From contig NC_068985.1 in the NCBI RefSeq assembly GCF_001194135.2, positions 84,145,067 to 84,209,066 on the forward strand: a stretch of DNA of 64,000 nt. The letters run 5' to 3'. Every line of letters starts with the position of its first letter. The stretch's first letter is position 1. Both the position numbers and the translations under genes were made by a program. Below are positions 37,336-52,069 of this stretch, in pieces. The notes beneath the pieces are model-generated. The model ran no database searches. It was given only the letters and a program-made list of their open reading frames with translations, and was not told where the DNA came from. The DNA is from Octopus bimaculoides (taxonomy: Eukaryota).

Positions 37336-39264
37336 TATATATGTATGTATATATATATATGTCTCTGCGTGTGTGTTTTCCTTCAAGGAATTATCAGAAT
37401 ACCTCCTCTTTTCCTCTGCTTATACAATTTCACTCATTTTCATACACACTTTTGCATACATATATATGCATGTCAGTGTTTATACATGTGTGTGTATAAA
37501 TATATAAAACGTACATACATATGCTCGCATTAAAGAAGGAAAAACATGTTCAGTGGACGTGTGTGTGTGTATATAAATGTATATATACATGTCCATTGAG
37601 ACAGTATTTGTTTTTTACATTCTTAAATGCATGTGTTCATCTTTTTGCACAACTAATGCATAAGGATAAGATATTGGAAGTAGTGTTGAAGACTTGAGCA
37701 ATAACAGAGAAATATTAGAACATATCACCACACAGTACAACACAGCCTGTCACAACACAACATAACATAACATTCATTGCATAATATGTATATTTGACTG
37801 AAACTCAGGGCAGGTAGGGGGAATGATTTTTTTTTTATCAAAGGTATATTATTTGAAATAATAATGGACCAGTAACTAATACACAACATGATTTCTCATT
37901 CTCTATAATATGATCAATAGCTGGCAGGTGGAGGCTTATACAAGTTTATTTACTGAAAATATTACATTAGAAAATGAAATGGGAGAAAAATATATCATCA
38001 TCATCATCATCATCACCACCACCTCTGCCACCACCATCACCACTACCACCACCAAGTCATCACGATCTTCATTCCCATCATCATTATCAACAAGCTAGAA
38101 TAGGATGAAAGCAATTAATTTCAGCCAATTTTCTGGAACATCCTAATGAACATCATAGTTATGATAGTCAGCAAAAACCTCAACATCTTAGTAAAATAAG
38201 CATTAAAACAACTTTTTGTTTACCAATTTTCTAAATATTCCATAAAAAGCTGAATCAACTCAAGACTATCTTTGGATCAATGTTATCAATCAGCTTGAGA
38301 CTATCCATATTTGAGTGTTTAAACCTAAATCAAAATCTCAGAAGTTCCAGAACAATGTGAAATCATTTAATTTATATTTCAAATAATTGTTTACTATACT
38401 ATTAAATAGCTTCTTCTTGAATGATTATATTGAAAATTATCAATGTGAACCATGCAGGAAGTTTGTTCTCAGTAGATTCAAGGGCAAAAATAGGCAGTGA
38501 TATCAGTTCTTCAGCTGAAATTACCCAGCCTCAACCTCAAAGATATATCAATGGAAATTTTTTAACCCTCCTCTCTTTGTTAATGATAAGACAGAGTTTG
38601 TATCTATATCCTTTTATTTCTTTTATCATGATGTTTTACAAGTTTTTCTTTCCATAATAGATGTTGTCACAAAGTAGAGATAATGCAGTGTTTTACTGTC
38701 ATGAAACTTTTCCTTAAGCATTTTCTTTCTCTTAGAATTTCATCTTAACTTTTATTTATCATTGGGAAAAAATTGGTATGGTATTTTAATAAATTTATTT
38801 ATCATTGAAAACTTATTTATCATTGAAAATAAGCTGGTATGGTATTTTAATAAATTAAAAGAATTTATTTTCAACTCCAGGCTTGACTCATAAGGCTTAA
38901 ACATGAGATGGTTGAATTTTAAATGACTTAATGACCCAAATATCTATAGCTTGATCAGAGTACTGAATTTTGAAATACATTAGAAAATATGAAGTCAGCC
39001 TTAAAAACTATTTATCTACTGTTTTAAAAGAGAGTTTATTTGCGGAAAATATTGTGATATATTTACATTTCTTATTATGCTATATCAGAGTAACTATTAT
39101 AAAAGAAAATAAGAAGAAAAATGTCTTTAAAAGCATTTATTTATTGTTTTAAATTGGTTGAGATAGCTGTTCTCAAACTGAAAGCTTATTGAGAAAATAT
39201 TCTTTTGCTTTTCTTATTATGATATGTGAAAAGGACAAAGACAAATGAGATATAGTACATATAT

Positions 39265-39640
39265 TTTGGTATACTTATCAAATTCCGCCAAGGTCAGCTT
39301 TGCCTTTGATCCTTTCGGGTTTCGATAAATTAAGTACCAGTTGCGTACTGGAGACAATCTAATCGACTGGGCCCGTCCCCCAAAATTTCGATCCTTGTAC
39401 CTAGAGTAGAAAAGGATATATGTGTGCATGTCTGTGTTTGCCCACCACCACTACTTGACAACTAGTGTTGGTGTGTTTATATTCTTGTAACTTAGCAGTT
39501 TCATGAAAGATATCGATGAAATAAGTATCAGGCTTAAAAAAACATTATTTCTGGGGTCAGTCTATCTAACCAAAATTCTTCAAAATGGTGCCCTAGTAGG
39601 GATGCAGTCTAATGACTGAAACAAGTAAAATATAAAAGAT
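39265..39640 (+). mobile_element. SINE family B 3' half (~39265-39415) followed by a family A 3' half
   Basis: Well-preserved ttccgccaaggtcagctttgcctttgatcctttcggg...ataaattaagtaccagttgcgtactgg. Confidence 0.8.
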
Positions 39641-39668
39641 ATATAACAATATATATAACAATATATAT

Positions 39669-39678
39669 NNNNNNNNNN
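39669..39678. other. Assembly gap
   Basis: 10 N. Confidence 1.
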
Positions 39679-40677
39679 AATGTTATTGAAATTTATTCAG
39701 TGTTATTGCAATTTGATAAAACACCGAAAGAGGTATCTATATTTACAGAGGTACTTGTACAAGATAAATATTTATACAGATTTTTCCTTTCCTGGAGTGT
39801 GTATACATTTTTTTGGTGGACTCTGTATAATGGATTTCTTTCAGCTTCCATCTGCCAAATTCACTCTCAAAGCTTAGGCCTACACAGTGTTATTGAGAGA
39901 AACTCTTGACCAAGGTTCTACAAAATAGGACTGAATCTGAAACCTTGTGATTGGGAAGCAAACTTCTTAACTGCACAGTAAAATCTGCATTGATATACTT
40001 CTTTTATTTAAATACTTCTAAGTAAATTTGTTCACCATATCTTGCTTGTCTTTGTTATGCTTATGTAACGTAACATAAATGAATAGCTAAAAAGTTAGAA
40101 TATACCTTTTTATTAACTCCTTTTTCAAACCATAACTGTATGTCTTTAAGAATATTTTACACATTATTTTTCCCTAAAGTATTTCAACATTTGGTATTCT
40201 GAGCATCCAGTATTTTAGGTTTTTGTTATTTTCATTCTTTTTGAAATCATTTGAAATTTGGTCCTTTGACTTCGAGGCACTATGATAGGCACCCATCCAC
40301 ACCAGACCAGATTTAGACACACATTCACGTCCACTCATAAAAATAGATTTCACAAAATTAAATCCAAATATTCTGTTTATCTTATAACAATAATGGTTCT
40401 CATGGTTTTTACATAAATGTCACAAAATCCCTTAGTTTTGGAGATTACCACTTAGCTAAATTTATTTTCAGTTCATTAGGCAGTTAAGCTCAGGCCAACG
40501 CTTATGAAACATAAAGGGCATTTCAGCCATGCCCATCTCGTTTTTTTTTTTTTGTAGGTTTTATTTTTTTGTATATGAAAGACTTCATTGTTCAACGTAC
40601 ACTTATGACTTTAAGATGGTCATTATGTTTACAGGAAGATATGACTGCTATGTCTTGTGGATCAAAATATCGCTTAC

Positions 40678-40699
40678 AAGCTCTTATTTTGGTTCAGGT
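40678..40699 (-). CDS. Candidate 22-nt micro-exon, (D)LNQNKS
   Basis: ttgatttttgcttag|ACCTGAACCAAAATAAGAGCTT|gtaagc. Confidence 0.3.
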
Positions 40700-42160
40700 C
40701 TAAGCAAAAATCAATTCAAAAGAGTTCACAGAATGGAATTAGTTTAAACTTATTGTATTATGGGAACGTTATAAAACTAATTTTCATTTTTTTTTTTTTT
40801 TTTTTTTTTCCTTTGGCAAAATATCTGTTTACTGATGTCATCTACAAAGGACAGAAATGTTTGCCTCCTGCAACACACACCAGCTTGAACTGATTTATTT
40901 CATCACCTTTAAGTCATAAAGTTTAAAGCGTTATCACTGAAGCAACATTATTTATCTAGTTGTTGTTGAAGTTATCAAACTAGATGCACCTGGAAACTCC
41001 AAATGTTGTTTGTTTGTATATTTATCTCGGCTATTAGATTAAATACTTAGAGCAAATTTCATTTATTGAATTAGATAATTATTATCACATTTGAACTAAT
41101 GACTAATGAAGACTCATTTCTTTAACAAATACCAAAGATTCTAAAGATGAGTTAAGAAATTACTGTTGTTATGAATCGCAAACTTTCCATCGCCTCCTTT
41201 CGTGGTTAAAGTAGTTTTACTATTTTGAAATCAGTGAAATGTGAACTTGATGTTTAATTGTTCTCAGATAATTGGATTGATCTAGAGGTTCACCACTATT
41301 TACTTTTAAGAAGACTAGCCCAATTCTTTATGACTCTGTGTGTGTGTGCGTGTGTGTGAAAATAGCTATATATATAACCACAGAGAAATTGAGCCAGAAC
41401 TGAGTTCAGTTCTACTGAAAGGCATTGTGTTTTCTGTTATTGCCCTAAGTTGAGTGTATTTGGTGGATGAAAACTGAAAGACAACTGATGTATATGTCTG
41501 TGTGTATGTTTGTATGCGTCATTGTCTTGATATTAAAAGAGCTTCCCAATCACACCAGCAATGTTGTTTGTTTCCTGCCTCATAATGAAATATTACCTTG
41601 CTTGAAGTCAGGTGAGGCTTAGTAACAAGAAGAGCAGGTGGCTGTAGAAAATCTACCTTAACAAATTCTATCTGACCCATGCAAGCATGAGAAAATGAAT
41701 GTTAAAGAATAATGGTATATGTGTGTATATATATGTATATATACCCTTTAAGTTCGTTTAGTGGAAACGTTTTGAATATGCATATAGAAGTTCCAATTCT
41801 ATTATGTTGGTCACAGCCTAATACTGCTGACTGGCAATACCAGTTTTTTGGGGTTGCACCAAGCTGGATAGATATAGTAGTAATAATGATAATCCTTAGA
41901 TGGAATTTATAAATATTTTAATACATTGCTATACACATTTCCTCAAATCACATGTTTCTTAAGACCACAGTCCATATTCCTGGGATGATTACAGAGAGAG
42001 AGAGAAATTTATAGATTTGTGATTTGTGGAAACACATGTAGTGATGCATTAAAATATTTATAAATTCCACCCAAAGATTATTATTACTGTATGTACATAT
42101 GTATGTGTGTGTTTGTGTATTTATGTATGTGTACAAGTGTGTGTGTGTATGTGTATATAG

Positions 42161-42216
<56 letters not shown>

Positions 42217-42904
42217 TGTATTTATGTAAATACATCATTATGTGTATGGTTTGTTCATTCACACTATGTGTATATGATGTTCATTTTATGTACTTGGTTC
42301 TATGCTTGGACATGTGCCTGAGTTAGTATATTTGTGTGTGTGTGTGTATTTATGTATGTGTGCCTATAGTTTTACGAATCTTCAAGGATGAATAGTTTTT
42401 ATATGACCCCATGGGTCCAAAGTGTATGCATGAGTGTATTTACATTAACATGTACTTGTGTGTCTGTATGTCTATATTATTGTCTGCATGGTTATATATG
42501 AGTATATATGTTTATCTTTACATTTACTTGGCAGCCTTTCCCAATATCCCCATTGTATTTTGACACTTGAATTTTTATCATATGAGGTTGTGGGTGAAGG
42601 AAAAGGTGATTGCTTTTCTGTAAAAAATAACAAGCCTATCAGAAATATCACTCCCAGGCAATGTGGTACCTAATTCACACAGCCCGATGAAGTGTGAATT
42701 TAAAGAATTAAATTTACTTCCCAAATGTCTACTGTAGTATTGATCTTTGTATCGACCAACTGCTGCTCTAAAACATTATTGACTCTACCTATCTTGGTAG
42801 GCCTGCAGAAGGTTATATATCTGATGCCTCTGTCGGTTTTAGAGACTGACATGGGTTGAGTGCTGTCCCTAATACTGTGGCTAACTTATAAGAAAATAAT
42901 TATT

Positions 42905-43735
42905 TTTCGTATAGGCACAAGGCCTGAAATTGTGGTGGGCAGAGTTAGTTGTTACCATTGATCACTAGTATTTGAATAGTACTTTATTAACTTCAAAAGC
43001 ATGAAGGGTAAAATTGACCTCAGCAGTATTTGAACTCAGAACATAAAGAGCCAGAACATATAGCACAAAACAATTTGTTGATAGGTGTAGGTGAGGTTGT
43101 GTGGTAAGAAACTTGCTTCCTAACCACATGGTTCCAGGTTCAGTCCCACTGCATGTCACCTTGGGCAAGTGTTTCTACTATAGCCTCAGGCTAACCAAAG
43201 CCTTGAGAATGGATTTGGTAGATGGAATCTGAAAGAAACTCGTCATATATATATATATGGTATATGCTTGTGTGTTCCCCCACCATTGCTTGGCAACCAA
43301 TGTTGGTGTGTTTACATCCCTATAACTTATCAAAAGAGAATGATAGAATAAGTACTACGCTTACAAAAAGTAAGTCCTGGGGTCAACTCATTCAACTAAA
43401 GGTGGTGCCCCAGCATGGCTTCAGTCAAATGACTGAAACAAGTAAAAGAATAAAAGAAAAGAACTTAGACAATTCTACCAAACTAATCTCTTCAAGAAAA
43501 TACTGATAATATATGTTTCTTATTTAGGTACAAGGCCAGCAGTCTTGAAGGAAAAGATTGGTTGATACCATTGGTCCTAGTATATGAATAGTTTTTTTTT
43601 TTTTACAAGCCCTCAGAAGGATAAAAGGCAAAGTTGACCGCTGCAGGATTTGAACCCAGAACATAGAGACTAGTGGGAAATACTGCAAGGTAATTTGTCG
43701 AGCACTCTAAAGATTTTCGACAATCTGCTACTAAT
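42905..43735. mobile_element. SINE cluster: family B (-), family A (+, ~43083-43460), family B (-)
   Basis: Family cores are recognisable in each copy. Confidence 0.75.
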
Positions 43736-43859
43736 AAAATGACAATATGTTCCTAAAGTTTGCTTCACCCAACCTGGCCAAGGTCATGATGTAGCACCAC
43801 CTTCATGTTTCATGTATGTGAATAATTTCAGATTATATAATACATGTGTGTGCATGCTT

Positions 43860-43930
<71 letters not shown>

Positions 43931-44899
43931 GCAAATGCATAACACTTGATATCATCTAATGGAATTGGCTAAAATTTAGACATTTTCAACTGTCAGGCCT
44001 TCAAAATAAATCACACTGTGCCTCAATTGTCATCAGATTTATTAACATCACTCTTTTGTTGCTGTTTATATTCTTGACATTGATCCTATTTCTACTACTA
44101 CTATTACTGCTACTACCACTGCTAAAGATGATGTTAGTGTTTTTATTGTTGTTGTATTTGAAGATCAACATCTAAGGAAGAGTGGGTTGTAGCTGTTGTG
44201 GACTGATTTACTAAAAAACATGAAAGCCTTAGAGTCTAAGAACTCCCTCTCTCTCTCTCTCTTTCTCTCTCTCTTTTGTTATGAATCTGTCTCTGTCCAT
44301 CACCACCCATCACATGCACATTCCTACCTTATCTCTCTCTATCCTTTGTCTCATCTCATTTCATCATCAAAGTTTATAATTTTTTTTTTTTTTTTTCCAT
44401 TTCAAAAAAAAAAAAAAATATCATAATAAAATGTCTATGATTGTAGCTATTGGCGCAGCTGTGAGCAAGTGACAGAGGCCAGCTCGAAGGCTTGTTAAAA
44501 TCCAATGGCTCAACAACAAGATCTCACCATCATACCATTCTCCAACACCATAAAAATAAAGACAGCATAAAAATAATTGAAACAGCACACAACAGTCATT
44601 ACCATGTTAGTGACATCATCATCATTGTCGTCATCATCATTGTCATCATCATCATTGTCATTAACATTATCATCATGCTTGTCATTATCATTGCCATCAC
44701 CATAATCATTACACAACCTTTTCGTAAAGCACTTTCACTTAATGGAGTCATTAATAGAAAAGTTGGGCTACATTACATAATAACAAGACCATTGGGCTCT
44801 AATTATAGGTTTTATCATCTAAGACAGTTTCCTAAAACTATATATTTTATATATATATATATATATAAATACATACGTACATATATATATATATATATA

Positions 44900-45200
44900 N
44901 NNNNNNNNNNNNNNNNNNNNNNNNNNNNNNNNNNNNNNNNNNNNNNNNNNNNNNNNNNNNNNNNNNNNNNNNNNNNNNNNNNNNNNNNNNNNNNNNNNNN
45001 NNNNNNNNNNNNNNNNNNNNNNNNNNNNNNNNNNNNNNNNNNNNNNNNNNNNNNNNNNNNNNNNNNNNNNNNNNNNNNNNNNNNNNNNNNNNNNNNNNNN
45101 NNNNNNNNNNNNNNNNNNNNNNNNNNNNNNNNNNNNNNNNNNNNNNNNNNNNNNNNNNNNNNNNNNNNNNNNNNNNNNNNNNNNNNNNNNNNNNNNNNNN
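44900..45200. other. Assembly gap
   Basis: Run of N. Confidence 1.
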
Positions 45201-45223
45201 TATATAATCTGTGTGTGTGTGTG

Positions 45224-45262
<39 letters not shown>

Positions 45263-45538
45263 ATACTTCTTCAATTACCTCTTAGGAGGTTTTTTCTTTT
45301 AGGAAGTCCACTATTAAGTTTCAGTTGTGTGTGTTTATGTGTGTATTGTGTGTGTGTGTTTCTGCATATGCAGACATTCTTTAGAATACCCTTGTACATT
45401 GTTCAGCATACAGTAGTGGTGGTGGTGCTGGTCGCAGCAGCAGCTGCAGAAGTGGCAATGGTATAGCCTAACTATGGTTATAAAAAGTTTTTGTTAATAG
45501 TATACTCCATAACAACAGAGAAAAATGTACTTCAGAAA

Positions 45539-45549
<11 letters not shown>

Positions 45550-45582
<33 letters not shown>

Positions 45583-45794
45583 CCTTTCTACTATAGACAC
45601 AAGGCCTGAAATTTGGGACAGGGGAATAGTCAATTACATTGATCTTAGTACACCCTGGTACATATATTTTATCAACCCCAAAATGATGAAAGGCAAAGTC
45701 GACCCTACCAGAATTTGATCTCAGATCATATGGATAGACAAAATGCCACTAAGCATTTTACCTGGCTTGTTAACAATTCTGCCAGCTCACTGCC

Positions 45795-45826
<32 letters not shown>

Positions 45827-46050
45827 AATAATAATAATAATAATCCTTTCTACTAAAGGTACAAGGCCTGAAATTTTGGGGAGATGGAACTAGTCGATTA
45901 CATCAACCCCAATACTCAACTGGTACTTTTTTTATCCACCCTGAAAGTACAAAAGGCAAAGTCAGCCTCAGCAGAGTTTGAACTCAACATAGCAACAGAA
46001 AAAATGCCACCAAGCATTTTGTCCACCATGCTAGCAATTTTGCCAGCTTG
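45550..46050 (-). mobile_element. Two tandem SINE family B copies, each with an (ATT)n tail
   Basis: aataatcctttctacta...ggcctgaaattt...atgaaaggcaaagtc occurs twice. Confidence 0.85.
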
Positions 46051-46096
46051 CTACTTTATTACAATAAAAATGATGATAATAATAATGATAATAATG

Positions 46097-46127
<31 letters not shown>

Positions 46128-46729
46128 TGATGGTGATGATGGTGATGATGATGATGATGATTAAAAACTTCTTTATTCAGTAACTGAAACTTCATTATCA
46201 AGATTTTATATTTTGAATTTTAATTTTAATTATAGCAGTGTGCTTATTTGGTGACCACTTATTGAACGTGTATAGTAGATGTGGTGTACGGTTACTGTAA
46301 TAATAACCGGCTGTAATAATTGTAATAGTTTCGTAATGGCAGTGGGAAGGAAATTTTCATAAAAGTAGCTTTAGAAAGTGATAATGTGTGGCTTGATGGT
46401 TAGGCTGTTCAGCTTAGGATCATAAGTGTGTGGGCTCAGATTTCTGACTGAATAAGGTTATGTGTCCCAAGTGTGAGAGCAATATTCCATTGTGGGACTC
46501 GCCTGATTTTTGTAGAATATTGATAATTATTGGGGTTTCAAGTATATTCTGGCCCTTATTATGCAATGTCATTTGTTTCTTTTTTGTGAGTGGGGTGACT
46601 TGGTTGATATTTCTCATAGATCAAGAGACCACACATAGACCTCCAGCCCATAAAAGCTTATGTACTTTCTGTTTTTCAAGAGTGGTTGATCGTCAAAAAA
46701 TCCAGTAATATTTATTGTCACTAAACATA

Positions 46730-46880
46730 ACATGGAGGTGTGTGGCTTTAGTGGTTAGGGTGTTGGACTCTTGGTCATAAGATAGCGGTTTCAATTCCTG
46801 GACTGAGAAAAGCATTGTGTTCTTGAGTGAAACATTTCATTTCACATTGTTCTAGTCTACGCAGGTAACAAAATTGAGAG
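46730..46880 (+). mobile_element. SINE family C-like 5' fragment
   Basis: ggtgtgtggctttagtggttagg head and gtgttcttgagtgaaacatt core. Confidence 0.65.
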
Positions 46881-48344
46881 TTATATGGGGAAGTTGTGAT
46901 AGGTCTGACAAGCTGATGATGGATGACAGGCCTGCCAAAAAAACAGCCAGAAGCTAACTTCTGAACTAATAAACCATAGGCCTACCCTGGTATTAGATAT
47001 TAGTTTTTTTTTTTTACAAAACTTAACATTTATGGAAACTTATATGGCACTAACATTTCCTTTCTTCCTTCTGAAGATTAAAATATGCATTTTCTTATTA
47101 CTACAAAAGTACACTTCTCCATGTTTACATTTACCGTTATTGTTGTTGTTGCTTTTTTTTTTCTTCTTCTTCTTCCTGACAATTTTTCTAATCAATTTCT
47201 TTTCAAACTATATACAACTTTTTCATTACATTTCTTGATCAAAAGAACAATTAAAAGTTATTGCATCATTGTATCATACACCTGACAAGGAGAGATAGCA
47301 AATGGAACAGAAAGGACACAATTCATAAAGTTTTTAAGACATTAAATTTGATAGTTCTTCACTTTGGAATAATCATTGTTTTTATAATGCATCTTTCAAT
47401 CCAATTTTTCTGAATGCCGGGATAAAAGGAAAGGGGAGAAAAAAAGATCCCCAAAAAAGGGGAAAAAAATTATTTTTCAGATGCTGTTGAGTAATTTAAT
47501 AAATTACATTTGTGATCCAGGCTTTAAACATTGCCTTGAAAGAATGTGGCATGTTATCATTATAGTCATTATTGTTGTTTTTATTATCACTATTATTATT
47601 ACTAATAATAACTTTTTTTGATATGTTAACGGTACCTTAATATGGCTTTCTAAAAAGAAATTCAGTGATGGCAGTGAAGGGTTAGGATTATAAGGTGATC
47701 AGAAAAATCAGTTCAAAATCATCAATTCTTTTGTCATAAATGTCATTCAAGAATTGTCGCACTTTGTGGAGATCCTATTTTGAAGAAGACTTTAAAAAAT
47801 TATTAAAATAATAATTATTATTATTAAATAAATAAGTTAAAATAAAAATGAAAGAGAATAGAAATTTTTCTTGACTTGTCAAAATTGCATTTGTTTTTCT
47901 CGCATTTTTTTTTTCTATTTCTTCAAAGTTTCTTTGAAAATTAAGGACCAAAAGTTTGGAAATCATTTGGAAAATGCCAAAAAAAAAGTAAGATAAAAAA
48001 TTAGTACTAAATACTAAATAAATTAATAAAATTAATTGATAGTAATGATATGATGATGAAAGTACTGATAATGATAATTAATAATGATAATTGCAATTTT
48101 TTTAATGGTTAAGATGAAAGCAAATTTTTTTTCTGAAAGAGTAATTGAATTAAGTTAGTATATTACAGGTATTCATTTTATAACACCAATGATATTTGAA
48201 CTCAGGAATGTGAGACATTAGCGTTAAGTGAAACACTTCATAAACATTTAGGCATACTCTCTAGTATCCATCCCATCAACAACACCATCATCTTCTTCCT
48301 CTACTCCTCTTCATCATCATTATCCTCACCATCGTCATTGTCTT

Positions 48345-48831
48345 TCAATAGAGGCACATGGACAGAAATTTGTGAGGAAAGATGGAAGAGATTAGTTGAT
48401 GTATTCAACCTCACTAGTAGATTGGTATGTTACTTTATCGAACTTGAGAGAATGAAAGACATAAGATATACCACAAAGTATTTTGACCAGCACTCTAATG
48501 GTTCTGCAACTCTACCACTCTTAATAGATGTATCTAGCTTCGGTACAATGCCAAAATTTTGGAGTGTAGGCTTAATTTATGCCATTGACTCCAGTATTTG
48601 ACAGATACGTTATTTTATCACCTCTGAAGAAACAAAAGGCAAAGTTGATTTTTGCAAGATTTGAACAGAAAATGTAAGGAGACATAACTAAATTCCATCC
48701 TTCTCAGAATCTGCCAACACCATTTCAGATGTGTCAATGCACCCTTTCCTCTTTATGGCTCTTTAACTATTTCCTTTTCTATCTTGTAGTGTTTTATCCT
48801 GTGTATCCCACATGTACTTTTGTTCATCATT

Positions 48832-48876
<45 letters not shown>

Positions 48877-49600
48877 TTCTCTCATTTTACTTGACTTACT
48901 GCTGCCCTCTGCCTTCTCTTTTACCTTTCTCTGACAAGCTGTGTTGTACCTGTGCACTGTATACAATAAGTTCATTGTTATAAATACTGCAAGAAAGTTT
49001 GCTCATTTTCATACTGACTCTACTATTCAAATGCTCTCAATAATAAAGTATTAACTATAATTGTTTCTAATTAAGGTACACATGCCAGAAGTTTTGAGGG
49101 GAAGGGCTCATCAATACCACTGATCCCAGAACTTGACCAGTACATTAATTTATTAACCTTGACAAGATAAAAAACAAAGGTGACTATGGCCCGATTTGAA
49201 CTCAGAAAACAAACATCCAGGACCAAAACTGCTAAGCATTTTGTCTGATGCTTTAATGATTGTACCATTTACTACTCTACAATAATTAGTAACACAGGCA
49301 TTAGGCATCAAATTTGGGGAAGGGGAATAGTTGATTATGTCAACCCCAGTAATTGTCAATGAGATTGGTTTAATCAATTATACACCACTCTACTTAAAAT
49401 CTTATTGGCCTTGTGCCAAAATTTGAAACAATTAGCATTTTGTCCATTTTTATGTTCTGAGTTCAAAATTCTACTGAGGTTGACTTTAGCTTTCATTCTT
49501 TCAGAGTCGATAAATTAAGTACCAGTGAAACCCTGGGGTCAAGAAAATCAACTAGCCCCCTCCCTGCAAAATTTCAGGCCTTGTGCCTTTAATAGAAAGG

Positions 49601-49650
<50 letters not shown>

Positions 49651-49680
49651 CATTATTTTGTAGTAGTAGTAGTAGTAGTA
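48345..49680. mobile_element. Cluster of degenerate SINE family B copies (~48345-48720 -, ~49065-49360 -, ~49440-49605 +)
   Basis: Family B core fragments and (ATT)n tail. Confidence 0.65.
48900..48956 (-). CDS. Candidate 57-nt in-frame exon
   Basis: cttattgtatacag|...GGCAGCA|gtaagtc. Purine-rich body, two frames open. Confidence 0.25.
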
Positions 49681-50975
49681 TATAGACTTCTTTTTACTTT
49701 ACAACCAATTTAAATTCATTTTCTGAAATTCTCCAAGTGAAATGCCCTTACTTCCATAGATCATTTGTTGCTTTCTTCCCATTTTGTATAGATCTAATTA
49801 GATATGGCACCAAAAATGGTTTAATATGTATTCTACTGGCAGCAGTTATAAGCTGATGCTTGATTTTGTTATATTTTTTTATTTTGTTTCATTTTTTTCC
49901 TTTTTCTGCTCTCTTCTTTCTCTTCTATTGTTCTTGTTGTTTTGTTACTTGTCTTTGTTTCTTTCTTCTTTCTTTCTTTCTTTCCTTTTTTTTTTTTTTT
50001 TTGTAATTAGCAATGTAGGCTGCTGGATTGTAGTATTGTGACTTCTCTGTTTCATGTGAATGTGAATTACATACATGAAAATTAACGGAAGTGTTCTTTG
50101 AAAAGACCTGTATAAAGAACTGAACAAAAGGAAAAGCAAAATTTAAAACAAAAGTAAAATTTCGAAGAAAATAAATAAATAAGTGAATAAATAAATAGAA
50201 ATCCTGATATGGATATTGTGTTCAGTCAGACTTGTAAAGACCAAACATATTTTTCTGGTATGAAAGTATGGATTTCTAAATCTGTGTTTGTATTTGTGAG
50301 TGTATTTCCTGCATGTACAGTATGAGTGTGTTTGAGTGTGTGTATGTGTATAACTACTGAGAGAGAAAGAGAGGGAGAGAGAGACACTTCATGTATTTCA
50401 TGTTAATATGTTAGGTGTATTTATGTTTCTAAAAGTATAAATATGATACAATATATCATGTATGTATATATAAACATGTACATACATACTTAAATATACA
50501 CAGACATACATGCATGCGCGCACACACACAGACACACACAAACACATATATATGTGTATATATATATATATATCTACATATATAAGAAGACAGAAAGAAG
50601 AGCGAGGAAAAGAGAGAAGGAGTTTGGATCAGGGGAATTCTCTAACCAACTCAGTTGTTCCATAGTTATTCCATTCCCATTGCTACAAACAGCTGGAACT
50701 TTCTCCTTTCCATGTTGTCTTCTACATTTGCTATAGGCATCAACAATGGAGCTTGTATGCATCAGCTAACATGCTAGAAATACTAATCAATTTTTTTCAA
50801 ACCACACTTTTCCATCCAATACAAAGGAAGAACACACTAGAGAGTATAATTCTAAATACAAACAGCTCTCAAGATGCACCTGAACTAATTCTGTTTGTGT
50901 AAAATGCGATTGTAGTTTTTGTGTATAAAAGCAGATCTTGAGATCTATCCATGTGACATTTATACTTGTTGACAA

Positions 50976-51161
50976 GAGGCTGTGTGGTAAGTAGCTTGCT
51001 TACCAACCACATGGTTCTGGGTTCATTCCCACTGTGTGACACCTTGGGCTAGTGTCTTCTACTATAGCCTCGGGCTGACCAAAGCCTTGTGAGTGGATTT
51101 GGTAGACAGAAACGGAAAGAAACCCGTCGTATATATACATATATATATATATATATATTTA

Positions 51162-51196
<35 letters not shown>

Positions 51197-51330
51197 GTTT
51201 GTGTGTCTGTGCTTGTCCCCCCAGCATCGCTTGACAACCGATGCTGGTGTGTTTACGTCCACGTAACTTAGCGGTTCGGCAAAAGAGACCATTAGAATAA
51301 GTACTAGAATAAGGTAAAAGAGTAAAAGAA
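50976..51330 (+). mobile_element. SINE family A, young copy with most of the tail module deleted
   Basis: Junction gaataagtactagaataaggtaaaagag. Confidence 0.85.
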
Positions 51331-51712
51331 TGTACAAATCTTGGAGACTGATCGTATACAAAAAAAACAACAAAGACATATTTGATCATGGATTTATTAA
51401 ACTGGGACTGACCTAGGGCAAAACAACATCATACAGAGATTTAAGCTAAATAGCAATCACATTGATCTCACAACTTTAGATGGATCCTCAAAAGTCGTAG
51501 GTATTACCTCTCATTCCTAGACTTAAGATGACTGTTTCATTCTGTTACAGGTCAAACAGGGATGTTATGAAATGTTTAAAACCTGTTGGGGGCCCTAGTG
51601 AGCACTTCAGTTTCATTTAGAGTGATAAGAGCCAAGTCAGACGACTAACATACTGTTGTTCTACAGGTTGTTTAACCAGGGGCTGGAATAAACGTCATTT
51701 GAAGGTGTTATA

Positions 51713-51932
51713 TAAGGAGCTGTTGAAAAGTTCCTGGCTTAAAGGGAATTGCAAAAGGCCTTGTTGAAAGCCCAACCTTCCAAGTTCTCTAAACTTAGAA
51801 AGTTCTCTAAACTTATAAAAACTGAAGACTGTGTGAATCTGAGTGGGGAATATACTGGATAATACTATAATTAACTGATCCTCCTGTATTTTCTTTCACC
51901 CTAAGCCAGGAATTTTTCAGCACCCTCTTGTA
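51713..51932. mobile_element. Mariner-derived MITE
   Basis: TIRs gctgttgaaaagttcctggctta / taagccaggaatttttcagcaccc. Same family as 61524-61733. Confidence 0.75.
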
Positions 51933-52069
51933 CAATGTGGTCAAACCTGAAGCAATGTGGTTGCAAAATTAACTTCATTACAACACAGCTCTGTATGGTG
52001 TAATGTCTCAGATTTATCTATTAAAGTGGTGGGAAATGTGATATTATGGCATTCATACTTTTCTCCCTC

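Noticed and set aside
46460-46708. ORF resembling a small membrane protein (MCPKCESNIPLW...)
   Set aside because: It begins inside a decayed tRNA-derived SINE head, has no splice support, and its hydrophobicity follows T-richness.
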